A DNA stretch of 64,000 bases, from contig CM102290.1 in the NCBI GenBank assembly GCA_046563655.1, positions 496,001-560,000 of the forward strand, read 5' to 3'. Source of the DNA: Yuukianura sp. NJ FZ-2021 (Eukaryota). Made by a program: the position numbers and the translations under genes. Below the pieces are notes generated by a model. It saw only the letters and a list, made by a program, of their open reading frames with translations, ran no database searches and was not told where the DNA came from. How positions within the stretch are numbered: the stretch's first letter is position 1; each line of letters opens with the position of its first letter. This document shows, piece by piece, positions 38,700 to 52,200 of this stretch.

Positions 38700-39355
38700 A
38701 TGAAGGAAGCAGTAGCAGGTCCACCTGAAATGATTGAGTTGACTCTGCTTCTACCTGAATTCCCGCCATCTTCCTCCAAATTGACCAATCAGGCGACAAA
38801 GAGCAAGAAAATTCAAAGAAAGGAAATTCAAATTCCAATTTTGAGCCTGAAATTTCCAGACTTTCTCTCTCCAAAATCACACGTCTCTACGTCTTTTCCA
38901 AATCGAGGAAAAATGTTAGTATTTTTTTGGCGTGAACTTTTGTTGCAGTTGAAGAAGAACTTTTTTTTTTCTTTGGAAGAGCATTCCAGGACTCCGGAAG
39001 ATTCGATGACAGGAGAAAAAATATCAAGAATGAATTTTGTATGAGCCAACAACGGAATCTTCTTCACTTTGGAACGAACCAACCATTGATCGTGTCCGCC
39101 GCTCCGGTTGTGTTCCAAGTCCATCCAAAGCATCAGTTCGTTGAGTTGAAGGTGTCAAGGGACCATGGGCCCTTTTCCAAAAGAAACTTTTGGCTACGAA
39201 CCTTTACTAAAGACGAGTTTATGGTAAACAGGATCCGAATTGTTGCCAAATGTGTCCACTTTGTGTCTCCAAAGCCACGACGATCCAGAAGACAATCGGA
39301 ATCGGAGGAAGTCCATGAATATTCTACGAACCTTCAGATTATGGAAACCATTTAA
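38700..39355 (+). CDS. Possible two-exon hypothetical protein (~196 aa)
   Basis: MKEAVAGPPEM...NRGK joins via a 66-nt GT-AG intron (38914-38979) in frame to IAFQDSGRF...MSQQRNLLHFG...IMETI*. No homology recognised. Confidence 0.35.
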
Positions 39356-39562
39356 TTGGAGAGCTGCTTTTCCCGCGCTTTTCCTTCATCTGGATCCGCT
39401 TACGCTTTGGTCTTCTTCTACAAAGTGACACTTCTTAAGACAATTTCCAATTCGACTAACACAAAACTACGCTAACCACAGATTTTGAGCGGGGGGGGAC
39501 GAAACCCCCCCTCTTCAAAATGGCGGGAAATCCAGGAGAGTGTAATTTCACGTTCTACCTCT

Positions 39563-39807
39563 CAAGGTTCTTTGACAAAGAAAAGTAATTTTCCTTTAAC
39601 AGGTTAAGTACTACCTCGCTTGTTAACAAAAAAATAAAAAAAAAAAACAAACAAAAATTGGTACCAATTTGACTGTAAAATTTAAAAAATCCGGCTCTAT
39701 TTTTATGATTACTATACCAGGAATTGAAAGACACTACTTTTTGCAAAATCGAAAAAACATGAGGTATTACTCAACCTATTAGAGAAAATCAAAGTGAACA
39801 AACCTTG
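39563..39807. mobile_element. CAAGGTT MITE, copy 3, degenerate TSD (CTACCTCT/ATATCTCT)
   Basis: Collinear with copy 2; same TIR and subterminal IR. Confidence 0.88.
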
Positions 39808-42800
39808 ATATCTCTGTTGTCTTTCGTTTCTTTTAATTAAAAAGGAGCGGGAGAAAATGGAACCTTTTAAAATTTTCTTCGTCCCTGAGGAAAAAAGTTA
39901 AGAAGCTTTTTGCTCTTTTGAAAAACCGTTTTTTGAAAAGGCGGGAGAAAGGAGTAAAAAGTTTGAATTAATTTTTTTGGACGGTTAGGTGTTTTGTTTT
40001 CCCTCCTGCATTCTTTTTAACTGATGACTTTGGTGAAGCTGGAATGAGTCAAGGACTTAAGCCTCTCATCAACTAATCTTCTAATTAGATTCAACCCCTC
40101 ACAAGGAACCATTTCTCATTTTTACTCTACCTAAAGAAAAACTAGTCTAAAAAACCTAACTGCATCCGGGATCGGGCCGGGAGAAAGTCGGTTTTCTCCC
40201 CTCCTCTCCTGGTCTTCGGCCCATTAACCAAAATTATCCCATCAACATCCGCCTCCTCCTCTGCACTACTCAAATTCAATCTAGTCAAAGCCACACATGC
40301 TTCTCACGTGCCACTTACATAACAACCAGTGGCTTAATTGCCACTTCCACTGGATATCCACTGGAAGAAATGCACCCGAAACGGATGAAACTTCTAGTGG
40401 ATGGAAGAAAAGCAAGAATTTAGCGCCAAATTCAAATAAATTCAAATTCAGAATTACAAAATAATATCAAAAAGAGTTGCTTTCATCGTTAAAATTAATT
40501 ATTTAAAACTCATACAAAAACAATATTTCCTTTGTTTTTGTACGGTATTTTGAATCGCTTAAGCTTTTCGTATTTAATTAGTTCAAACCCCACGGCCAAA
40601 GCTCCGCCCCTTTGGATTCATCCATTTCGTCCATTTCTTCACTGGATATATAGCTGTGGACGAAATGTCGAAAAAGTGGATATCCAACAACACTGAGCAA
40701 TTTGCAGATGCACAAATCATCTAACCTGATGAAATTGAAAGCAAAATTTATGTGAAAAATTTAAAATCTCCAGCCGGAATGGAGCTTGTGGTTAGACCCT
40801 TAGAAGTGTGAAATGACTTAAATTCAAGCTGTTACTAATCGAGTAAAAGTCAAAATGGTAAAAACTGCTACGAAGGGAGCCTACCCTAACTTGAAAGTCA
40901 TTGAACACGGAGTGTATTTTTGTGGAATTGAAGTGTTCACTTAATTAAAGGAATGATGTGTGCTCACCTGAGCTTTCTCATTAAATCCAAAGAGAAAGCG
41001 ACTTTATCAACCAAAATATTCTTTCCCCTCGGCACCATTTGGTAACCATAATGTAACCCTGTAACCATCAGGTAACCATAAGGTAACTATGGTTATGATA
41101 CACGCAATAACTCTCCAACCCCAAATGGATTTTTCCATTTCTAATCATCCTAATGACAATTCCTTTTTGCTACAACTGCAACCAGATGCAGTTCATCTGG
41201 AACACAAAATTTTTCAAAATTTCGAGCGTGTTGATTTTTTTTTATTCGTTGAATTGTTTTAGGAATCAAATGGACTAGATTTCACACTCTTCTTTTAGAA
41301 CTGAAATTAATTAATTCTTATTTAAAAAAAACAACAAAAAACTTTCACTTTTTTGTGTAACTTTATATTCCTCTCCTTCTTTGGCAGCCTTTCTTTTGTC
41401 AATTTTCTCAGCTCCACCTTAGCCCAAATACTTAGCATATGTTGTAACATGTACCACAAAATGTGGTAAAAAGTTAGTTTAAATTTAATTGTTAATTAGC
41501 TCTGGGGCATGTAAAAATTAATAACTTAACAATGAGGAGGAAGGGGTCACGGGGTCAAAGTTTTTTTTTCTTAACGAGTAAAATACAGTTAGGAACAAAA
41601 GTTTTTAGGATCTTTTAAGCTTGGTTGAGAACAAACTGAAGCCTACCAGAGGATTTAGATTTGTTAATTATAGTAAGAAGGGGATAATTAATTAACTAGT
41701 TGATTAATTGTAAATTTAATTTTGTAGTAAAAATTATGTTCTAAACGTAGTAAATTTTTTAGAACAAGAAAATTAGAACAAAATAACCAGAACATGTTTT
41801 TTTCTTGTCTAATAATTAAGTGATGAGTTTAACAAGGATTTGTGTGTGTGTTCTAGGCGTAGAATCCCATTATATCTCGTTCAAAAATATCTCGATAGGT
41901 TATTTGAGATAATTGGAGATACTTTTGAGGAGATATTTGACTTGAGATAGTTTTTGAGAGATATAGTGGCATTCCTGTTTAGGCTTGTCAATTGATATGT
42001 TTTACGTTTTCACTTATTAGTTTTGTCATGGCTCAATTTCTATTAGTTTAAAAGTTAAACCACTTTTTTCCTCAGATACAAGGGTGGCTACCTACTTTAC
42101 AAAAAGTCAAAATCAAAATGGTCAAAAGCAAAACGACCTAAAAAAATTTTTTTTCTTACGCAAATTCCGGAAATTAGGCAAATTGAATTTTGTCGTTCAA
42201 GCTTTGCAAGTTTTATTTTTGAATTTTTACAACAAAAATGTTTTAGGATGATCACGACTATAAATTGGATGAGAGAAAGGGGCGGAGCTTTCCAAACGTT
42301 TGTTCGAAACTCCGCCCATTTTAGCTATTAAGGTGAAAGCATTTTTTGATCACTCTTTTTTTAATAAAACTAAACAAGTTTCGGAAAAACTGAAATTTTG
42401 AAAAAGTAAAAGCACTGTATCTTTGTTTTTTAATTTTAAAATGATGATTGACTACGTAATACCCTGTACGAGCGTTGTTTTAAAATTTTGTTTTATTTAA
42501 GTTTTTTTTTTGGAGCAATTTTTCATTTCTAGTTTTTGTCTCAAACCCTGCCAAAAATTGTGTAACTTTTCACACCTCAACTTTTTTTTAAATTTTCAAA
42601 AAGTTGGGTGGAGTTTTTCAACATTATTATTTTGGCAAACTTTTGTGTTATTTTGTGACCCTTGCATTCTGACACTCTTCCAATGTGGAGAAGGCCTCTG
42701 AGCAAATCAAGACTTGTTTTACGTATTTTGGTTTTTGAAAATTTGAAAATTTTGAAATCTTGAAATGTGAAACAAAATTTAAAACGAAACTTTTGGTATT

Positions 42801-43268
42801 TCATGTTAGAGAGAAAGCTCGGGGAAAAAAAGGAAGGTGAAAATATTAAAAAATGGGACATTTCTTTATGAATTCTACACGGCTAAAATCAATTCTAATT
42901 CAAAAATTAGCGGGAAAATAAAAATTTTGAAATTTGGCGGTTACGTAAATTAGTGGATTTGAAGCTCGAGTGACTTTAAGAGAGACTGTGACTGGGATTT
43001 AGTGAAACACGGGTCCCTTGGTAGAAAATAGGTCTTGGTACTTTGTTTAACTTTGAGTTGAGTAATTACTGATTTAGGTAATTAGCCTAATCTGACTATG
43101 TTAGGATGCATGTAGTGCAGGATTAAGTTATGGTTGACCTTTGACCTTTCTTCTTAAGAACTAGAGACTCTAGTCATGTAAATATAAAGTAGTTGTAGAA
43201 ATGATTGAGATGGTCAAAGGGAGGTTTCCTATTGGCTGGTGGTTGTCTAGGAGGGTTCCTATTGGTTG

Positions 43269-46200
43269 TTAGTGTTGAGCAGCAAATTTCATTCTCTTCT
43301 GTTTCTGTCTCTGATTGCAGAACCAGACTCGGACGACGTTTTTCTTCAAATCCAACTTCTCAGCCATCGCTGCAATCTTTTCACCCGAAGGTCTCGGCTG
43401 GACAGCGAAGAAGGCCTCGAGCGATCGCTTCTCCGGAGCAGCGATGGAGGTTCGTTTTCGCTTCTTCTCTCCAGCCGGAAGGACGTTGGGAGCATCAGGG
43501 TCACGGCGCTTGCTCCGCGCCTGCGCCTCAGCCTCTTCCAGCCACGCCTGAAGAATCGGCTTTAGAGCTATCATATTGTTGTGGCTTAGGGTCAGGGATT
43601 CAAACCTGGAGGGCACATTTAGGTCATGAGTCCAAGGTTGCTTTAGCGACGAAATAGTTTTCCTTCAACAGGTTAGGCAATAAGTCCAGCTTTCGAAAAA
43701 TCTTAAGTCAAACAACTTTTCTACTTTGAATTTGCCAATTCAAAAGCCTTCTCTCCGAATTTTTTAATTCCGTTTACTCTAGCAACCGCGATTGAAACTA
43801 GGGGAATTCAATTTTCAATTTCAATTTCAATTTATTCTGAGTTAGAAATCTATTCAGTTTTGAATTTTTTTTGGAAAAACCTCAAAACTCGAGTTATTTC
43901 GTAACCTGTTAAAGACAAACTATTTCTTTGTTTATCCACCTTTCATGAGTCGTAGAACGTTGACTCATGAGTCATGAGTCATGAGTCTCGGAGGAAAAAG
44001 GAGTACGTACGTACCTGCAGATAGTGGATTGCGAGAGAGCACCTACTCCGGGTAACTTGAGATTGGCGAGGGCCTTGCCGACGTCTGCCTGCGTCACTCC
44101 CAGTTTGATCCTTCTCTGCTTGAATCTCTCAGCGAAAGCCTCCAACTCCCGGGGGTCAGTGTCTGTGTCATGAATGCCGACGCCTGGGTGGGGGTGAGCG
44201 GAGTGAGGGTGGGAGTGGGGGTGGGGCAGGGAGGGGTGGCTCGCTCCCACCATCATTGAATTCATTGAATGTGTGTACATGGAGGAGGGATGGAGCTGGG
44301 CGTGACTGTGGGCATGGGACACTGACACACCGTCACTCGTCATGCCGCCCAGACTTGTCATCATCGTCGTTGACGAAATGGAGTCCAGCATCTCCAGACC
44401 ATCCATCCCGGGGTGACCCATCTGAAAAAACAGAAGTTTTTAACAATTGAGCCGATAGCTCAGTGGTTAGAGTGCTTCCCGGATAGAAGCGATGTGGGTT
44501 CGAATCCCACACGGTCCTTTATTTTTTCTACACTGTCTTTCTTTATCTCTCAAGCCATGTGACCCCTGAACGTCGCAAAAGGTGACTTTCATCATTCGGG
44601 AAATTTGTGAAATGGGGCCTGATAGCTCAAGGGTTAGAGCGCTTCCCGGACAGAAGCGATGTGGGTTCGAATCCCACTCGGTCTCTTATTTTTTTTGTCT
44701 TTCAAGCCAAGTGACCCAAGGTGACTGACCTGATGTGGTCTGGAGTTGTGTGACGGGTGAGGAGGGCCCATGCTCGTGTGGTACATCATGTCATGTTTGA
44801 GTTGGTTGAGTCCGGACACGGGCGGAGACGCTCCAGGATGTTTGCTGATGTCCACCAGAGCTTCTCTGCTCAGCAAACCGTCGTTCAGTCCACTGAACAG
44901 GTCTCCCTGCAACAAAAGTTAAAACCTATGTTAAAAACCATGTTATGTTCGATTGTAATCAGAGAGTTGCCCCACTTGAGCCCCACCATGGCCCCACTTT
45001 GTTTGCTCAACTTCACACAATAGTCTAAGGGCTCCCCTCTGCCTTTGCCCGAACAAAAGAGAAATGCATAGTTTTGTGTCCAATTTCAAAAGGCTTCGAG
45101 GGCATGAGCGTCTCCAGAGAAAACTTTTCAATGGAATTGGATTTCCAATAATTTTTTTTTGAAAATTAGCAAACTGGAAAAACCGACATTTTCAAATGCC
45201 TCAGGTTCGTTTTTTTTCAAAGCCTTGATTCACTTAGCTTTCGGCTCCCCGAATCAACAATTTCTCGCATTACCCCAATTCAAATTTTTATATTTTATAA
45301 ATGATTATATCAACAATAATAATTTTAGTTTTTAAAACTATAATAGCTTTTTAAAGTCCAAGTTGTTGAAGTGTGTTTGTGTTGTTTTGAATCGGAATGG
45401 AGTAGGTTTAGTGTCCGGAAGTGTAGAATTTGTTCATGATTCCTCTAGAGACTTTGCAGGGATCAATTATTCAGAAAGTGTATAGCATATTGAAAGAAGA
45501 GGAGAGACTGTGTATGTGTAAAACACATGCATCAAGTGTCTTCCAAAAAGTACTGGCAGTATTCGCCAGTACAGGTTCCGTTCAAGAACTTTTTGAATCT
45601 GGTTACAAGTTTGTGTTGCCGTAAGCACGGCCAAATGAAGACTGAGAGCAAGAAAAGATTTTGAGAAGAGTGCGAAAACTCAAAACGGGCCAAAAAGGTC
45701 GAATTATTTATGAAAGTCTTAAACTATCATTTTAGACCAATTCTCTCCACTTTTTAACATAATTGCATCAACTCTCACTTACCACAAAATGCACTCCAAC
45801 GTAACAAAAGCTAACCTAGCACAACAAAGTCAAAATTTTGGCGGGAAGTTTCGAATTTCGTGAATTTTCGAAAGTATTTTGAACTGGACGGGCATGTTTT
45901 GGCTCCGGAAAAAAACTGAAACTAATTCAGGAAATAATTTTTTTTTAATTTTGTAAATTTTCGGGCGTATCACAAACACAGAAAAATATTCAAAATTACG
46001 AACCAAATTTGAGTCTGACAGGTCAAAATTTCACATTTGGAAAATGCAGTTGAACTTTTACTTTTTGTTTTTGTGTATTTGGTAACTGACTTTCTTCTTA
46101 TTTTTTTGTTGTTTGTGATATTGGAGACAAGAGAAAAGGAAAGTAGTGTTTTAGAGTTGTGCTGGAGGGAAATCGATCCGATTCTTCCATGTTTTCCATG

Positions 46201-49200
46201 TCGGTTTTCTTGCTGAGCAAAGGCGGGGACTTTTGAAAAAGTGGTGGTATGCAGGAGAGTCCGCTGCACTTCTAACAAAATAGAGGCAGAATGGAAAGTC
46301 AAAGGATCCATCAAGTCCTCTTCCACTTTCTCCATACACTTCAGGGACTCACTCCCCTCTCGCCAAAAACAAACTTCAAAAAATAGACTTAACTTAACAA
46401 CCTGCCTAACAATTTCCACACAAAGGAATATGTTCAAGGCCAAGGGCTTGTAAACTTTCACTCTCAAATGAAAACTTAATTAGTCAAGTATTATACAAAA
46501 CCTAACAAAAAGTACTAACAACCCTGTCAAATTTCTTTAAAAAATTAACATTTAAAAAAAAAGTAACTTTTCTTCTCTTTCAACTTCTTGGAGAAAGTCA
46601 AAGTTGGTCTAACTCGACTATAATAAATTTGAGCTTCGTTGAAAGTAAGTCCAGTTACCCTGAATTGGATTTTGATTTTTTCTTGAAATTTTGTCTTTTT
46701 TGAAAGTCGTCTTTGTCTGAAAAACTTTAAAGTTGGAGGTCAAAATCAGTGTAAAGTGAAAGTGACATTAAGTCCCTTCACCACTCAACTCCAATTACCG
46801 TCCACCTCTTCCCCACACATTCACAAACGCAGCTTTTTCTTGTTCTTTTTGTCCAATTGGATTTTGACTTTTTTCTTCCATTTTTTCACTTTTCTTTTAA
46901 AAAAAAACTTTGCAAATTTTGAGTAAAAGTACAAGAAAGAGAAAGAGAAAGTTGAAAACAGAACAAAAATGTTGATCAATTTTGACAAATTTTAAAATGA
47001 AACATTCGAATTCACTGTTAATATGTTAGCTCAACTTTTTCTAGTTACCCTAACCCGTTTTTTCAAGAAAAAAAAAACTAAAAGATTTTTTTCTTTTCAG
47101 TTTCATTGGATTTTGGGCTTTGCAGGATGAAAGTTAGCTTAGATCTCATTTCGGGATTTCCCGCATCTTCCATCATCTTCTCTCTCCCTTCCATAATCTT
47201 CTGGAGTGCCTCCACTCAAGTCTCTTAACCTAACCAACTAGAGTCTATACTCTGCATCATCATAACTTCATAACCTAACTAACCTAACCAACAGTAAACA
47301 TATCATTAACCTAATCTTAGCACCATTATCAGTCCTAAACCTAATAGGATTCTGATCCTAGACAGAAACCCAGCTTCATTTTCTTTTTTTTAGGTTGGGA
47401 TTAGGTTAAGAGAGAAAGTTAGGCTGAAGAATGAGGGTTAGGATAGTAATCCATTAGAAATCAATTGCTGTGGGAGTAGTGAGTGCCACAATGACTTTCT
47501 CCCTTCCAAATCCATTGTTAGTTTTTGTCTAATGAAATCATGAGAGACACAACCTGAAGGAAAATACTTGACTCACTTTCTACTGTGTTGTGAAGGGGAT
47601 TTTTAATAACAATCAACACACATGCTTCACTTCCAATAAAAGTTCCCACATTATTACCACCCTCTGCAACACTTTTTTCAAATTTCATTTCTAGTTTAAA
47701 TGAAAACACAACTCAAATTTTGGAACGAAATTACAGGCTTGGAGACTATTTCCAAGTCACACAGAAAAACAAAATAAAAATCAAAATATTTTTAAAAACA
47801 AAAGTCAGTTTTTTCCACCTCTTTATGTGAAAACTCCAAGAACTTTACTATGTCAAGTACACTTTCAAATGTAAAAACGAAACGGTTTCTGCGCAAAGAC
47901 AAAACATCTTCTGCATAAAAACAACGTTTATTGGCGTCCACGAACGTTTTCTGCCCAAAGAAAAACGTTTTCTTCGTCGATGAAACATGAAACGTTTTCT
48001 GGGCAAGATAAAACGTTTTCTGCGTAAAGAAAAAACGCTTTCTGCTTCGACCAGACGTTTTCTGCACAAGACAGAACGTTTCCTGCGTAAAGACAAAACG
48101 TCTTCTGCGTCAAAGAAACATTTTCTGCACGAAATAAAGCGTTTTCTGCATCGGCGAGTTGTTTTCTGCGCAAAACAAAACGTTTTCTGCCTCGACGAGA
48201 CGCTTGCTGCACAAGACAAAGCGTCTTTTGCTAGAAAAAGAAAACGAATGGAGAGAAAAGAAAGTTTCGTAATTTGTGTGCTAAATTGAATTGTGTTTTG
48301 TCAACACTTGAGAGAGGCTGAAGGAGTTTTCCATTTGGTTCTTGAGAGAGAGGAGATGAATAATGGTGGCGATTAAGCCTTCTGTGTGGATCATTAGAGC
48401 CTGCTCCAACACTTGTCACTTTCCTTGTGCTTTCTCTCGTCCAGGAAGTCCAGAGTATCCAAAACAGCGCCTGCTTCACTTCCCAAGAGCAGAGGGATAG
48501 CGAGTGACACGGAAGGACAGACACAGTCCATATGTCACACTCTCAAAAAAAAAGAGAGGAAATCAAACAATCAAGAGAGGGAAAGCCTCTCATGATCGTC
48601 TTTTTGGAACACGCGCCAAATTTTAAAAAACGAAACGAGAAAATAGTTTTTGAAAGTTCTCTTTACTTTGTACGAAACTGTTCCTACTATATCTAAGTCC
48701 ATTTCGTCAAAAAATTTGAATCCGTTTTATTTTTTTGAACTTTTCTGAAAGTTATGTAACAACTTTACAAAAAAGATTACTTTTTGTTGAAAGCCAGAAA
48801 TTTCAGTTTTGGAAGCAAAGTTGTTGATATTTAAAAAAAGTGGAATGAATATTTGATGTTCGTTTTTCTCCTTTTTCCTGCGTTCATAAATCCTTCCACG
48901 GAGCAAGTTAAACTCTCGAATATCTCACAGATTCTTTTGAGATTTTTTGCAAACAGCACTTATGTGTAACGAAATTTTCCAAAAAGCATTTCTCTTTCAA
49001 AATTTGAGCACAAAATTCAAAAATTTTGAAAGCTTAAATCTTTTTTAGTATTTTTTTGATGTTGACTGATAGAGTAAGGGAAAAAAAAGGAATCTCCCGG
49101 ATCAAAAATGTCGTTTTTTCTAGAAATGCGGCATAAAACAATGGTTTAGAAAGCCGAAACTGAAAAATTTTGACTCTTGAATCCTTTTTTTTTCGGAATT

Positions 49201-52200
49201 GTTCGGTTTCTCGAAACGGTTTTGTGGACACAACGGTACGAAGTCTTGGCACCGAATTGACTCACTCCTCAATTATTCAGAGGGCCTGCAGAGTGCGGAG
49301 TCTACCTGATTTCACGAAGAAAGCGCACAAAACTTTCACCAAATTGACTCAACCACCGTGAGTCCCGTGCAGACAACTTACAACCAAAAAACTAGAGGAA
49401 AACTCTCAAAAAAATTTTTTTGAACACTGAACACAAAAAAAAACAACAAATCTTCCAAAAAGAGAAATTTGGCCGTGACGTGACCAAAAAATCCAATGTG
49501 AAAAACTTCTTTTTTCAAGTTTTCCAAAAACCATTTTTCTAATTACTGTCATTCGCGTACTAATTCTGGTCCGTCCACCGTTGAATGAAAAGGCCAAGCC
49601 CGTTCAACCACCAAATCTGTTTGAGTTTCAGAAGTAAAAGCCCGCCAAAATTTGAAAGGAGCAACTATAATCATAGGTTTCAAAACCAAAGTAAGATGAC
49701 ATACGGGAGGAAATCTATTTGCTAGTTTGCTAATTGTAGTTTTTCGAATCACCACACCTCAAATTTTAGATTCCTTAAATCAACACGGTCATAGCGAACA
49801 AGAAATTTTTTGGCACAGTTCACCTGTTCAAATACAAAATTTTTCAACAAAAGTTTTTCAAAGAAAAATTCCAATATTTTTCACCTAAAAATCTAACATT
49901 TTTCAATTTCCAACTTTGTGTTGCAGTAACTTTGAAACTTCGCCTTCTCTGAATTGAAATAGGCCCAATGTGTATCTCATTGTCTCAATTTTTTTTCGAT
50001 CTCCTAAGTGACCGTGACCTGTAAAAGGTCAAAGGTCACGGAAAATGTAATACGGTGTATTTGGGGTCAAGCGGTTAAAGAAGGCGGGCTTTTTGAACCA
50101 GAGATTAGCGACAGTAGTAAGCATCTCTCAAAGCACTTAATCTTTGTACTTTTACTTTGGTGAGAGAAAGTGCGTGGTGGTGAACCCCCCCCCCCCCATT
50201 CCACTAAATTCCAACATAGGGATTTCCCCGCCCCCACTTTTCTCCCCCCTCCCCCCTCTTCCAAAAGAGGGAAATTTTAAAATGGGAATAAATTATTCAT
50301 GACTTCCCCCCACCCCCACCCCCTCTCAAACCCCCTTTTCACCGAATCCACTTTCACTCTCAACGAAAAACGCAGGGTTAGAGAGAGGAAGCACCAGAAT
50401 TTGAAAGTGTAGCCTTGATTTTCAAAAGTAGAAAAAAAGATTCAAGTGCGGGCATGGTGAGCTACCACTTTTTTGAAAACCACGCCAAAAAGAAAGAGTT
50501 AGTGAGAAAGTCTAATTTTATGCAAAGAATAGAAATGAAGAATGAGAAAAAGGACTAATGTAACAAGCACTTTACTTTCTCCCCCTCTTTTCTCTTTTTT
50601 TTTAAAAAGAGCTTAGAGACAGAAATTGAAACTTTTGGAGTCGGATTTTGTAAAAAGCTTCTTTTTTCAAAATTTTGAAAATTGTAAAACTGAATGGAGA
50701 GAAATCGATTTGGAAAAGGGACTGTTTACTCCAGTTCTAGCGTAAAGTGAACTACGGAAATAATTGATGGCAGTGCGTAATTATGAACGAGCAGAAAAGG
50801 CGCTGCAAAAGACTTAATAATACATAAGATGCAATTCTACACTCTCCAAGGACGTGATCCACAAAACACCAACATAGTTGTGTCACTGACATTGAGTTAA
50901 AAAAAAACAAAAAATACATTTTTCAAAAAAAAAAATCAAAATTTTGAACAAAAAAAGCTACACATCTCGGCCCCGTTCAGCTCAAGACTGAGAATCCGCC
51001 AAAAAGTGTAAAAAGAAGTGTTTTTCTCTTAAAAAATTAAAAATTCTCTTCCATTTTTTTTCTTGCTCAGTTCCCCAAAGTCTTTTGATTGGCCCGAAGT
51101 GATGGTGTGACTTTTTAGAAATTTTTTGATTTTTATTTCGAAAAATCAAAAGTAGCTGCCAATAAAAAAGTTGAAAGTGGGAATTGCATTAGTGTCAAAG
51201 TTGAAGCGTACGGCACGGTCTTTCCTTTTGTCACTTTCCCGCCTTTCTCCTCCTCCCGAAAGCATTAGGTAAGGGATTAACTTATTGCAGAAATCAAATT
51301 AGAAAACAGTAGGGATTTGAGAGAGACACTTAAGGGACCCCCTGGCAAATGGACCATTTCTTGACAAACAACACTTGTTTTGACTACAAAGGCCCCCCCC
51401 CTTCTGAGAGGGGGGGGGGTCCTGGAGGGGGGGGGGTCGGGGAAGATGAGGATTTAATGGAGTCTGATCCACTTGAGAGTGGAAACTGAAACGGAATTAT
51501 GAGTTTGAGCATTAGAATTATTGTTGAACAAGAGAAGGGAGGGGGATTGGGATTCGAATGCCACTTTTGTTTGTTTTCCTGAGGGATTAAGGCTCTCTGT
51601 GCAGTAGTTGGAGTAGGGGGGAAACAGGATGAGGTTCGGGATAATTAAGGAAATCACTAATAAATCAAATCCTGTTCTCCAAAAACACTTCAGCAGAGGA
51701 CTTCAAGGGCTCGTGGACCCTTTGAAGAGACATACAAACGGAAAATTGGAACAAATTACGACACAAGCCTCACCCCTCTCAGGACAACTGAATTCTCATC
51801 ACTTAAAAGGCTGCAGGATCCACAAATTTCCATAATTTTTGACACTAGTTTTCACATTTTTTGCGGAAATTTACTATTCGACATTCTTGCTAAAGCGAAA
51901 TTTTTGGCTGTTCAATACCAAAATTTACATAAATTTTCTCTGTTCGTAAAATAGAATTTTTTCGTCACTGCTAAACAAATTTGGAGAAGAGTTTTCACCA
52001 GAGTTAAACGAAATTCACAGAAATTTTTCTCTACTGCAAACCAAAACCTGCGAAATTTTTTATCGACTCACACAATTTTGGAAGAAAAAAAAACTTTTTT
52101 TTCGAGAAATAAAGCAAAACGGAAAGCAGGAGTTAGTGGGTCAGTTAGGTCCAACTTTGGTTGGTTCTTAAAATTTTCAATTTTTTTTTAACTTTAGAAG

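Noticed and set aside
38334..38703. Hydrophobic Phe/Cys-rich ORFs in several frames
   Set aside because: Produced by the T-rich minisatellite; no coding signature.
43205..43657. Plus-strand ORFs over the homeobox
   Set aside because: Antisense shadows of the GC-rich last exon of acj6.
44449..44685. Functional tRNA-Ser(GGA) genes
   Set aside because: No U33 or purine 37, no long variable arm, mismatched or bulged acceptor stems; treated as tRNA-like units instead.
47792..48289. Overlapping ORFs and a CRISPR-like periodic pattern
   Set aside because: A contiguous degenerate 21-22-bp minisatellite with no unique spacers, in eukaryotic DNA without cas genes.
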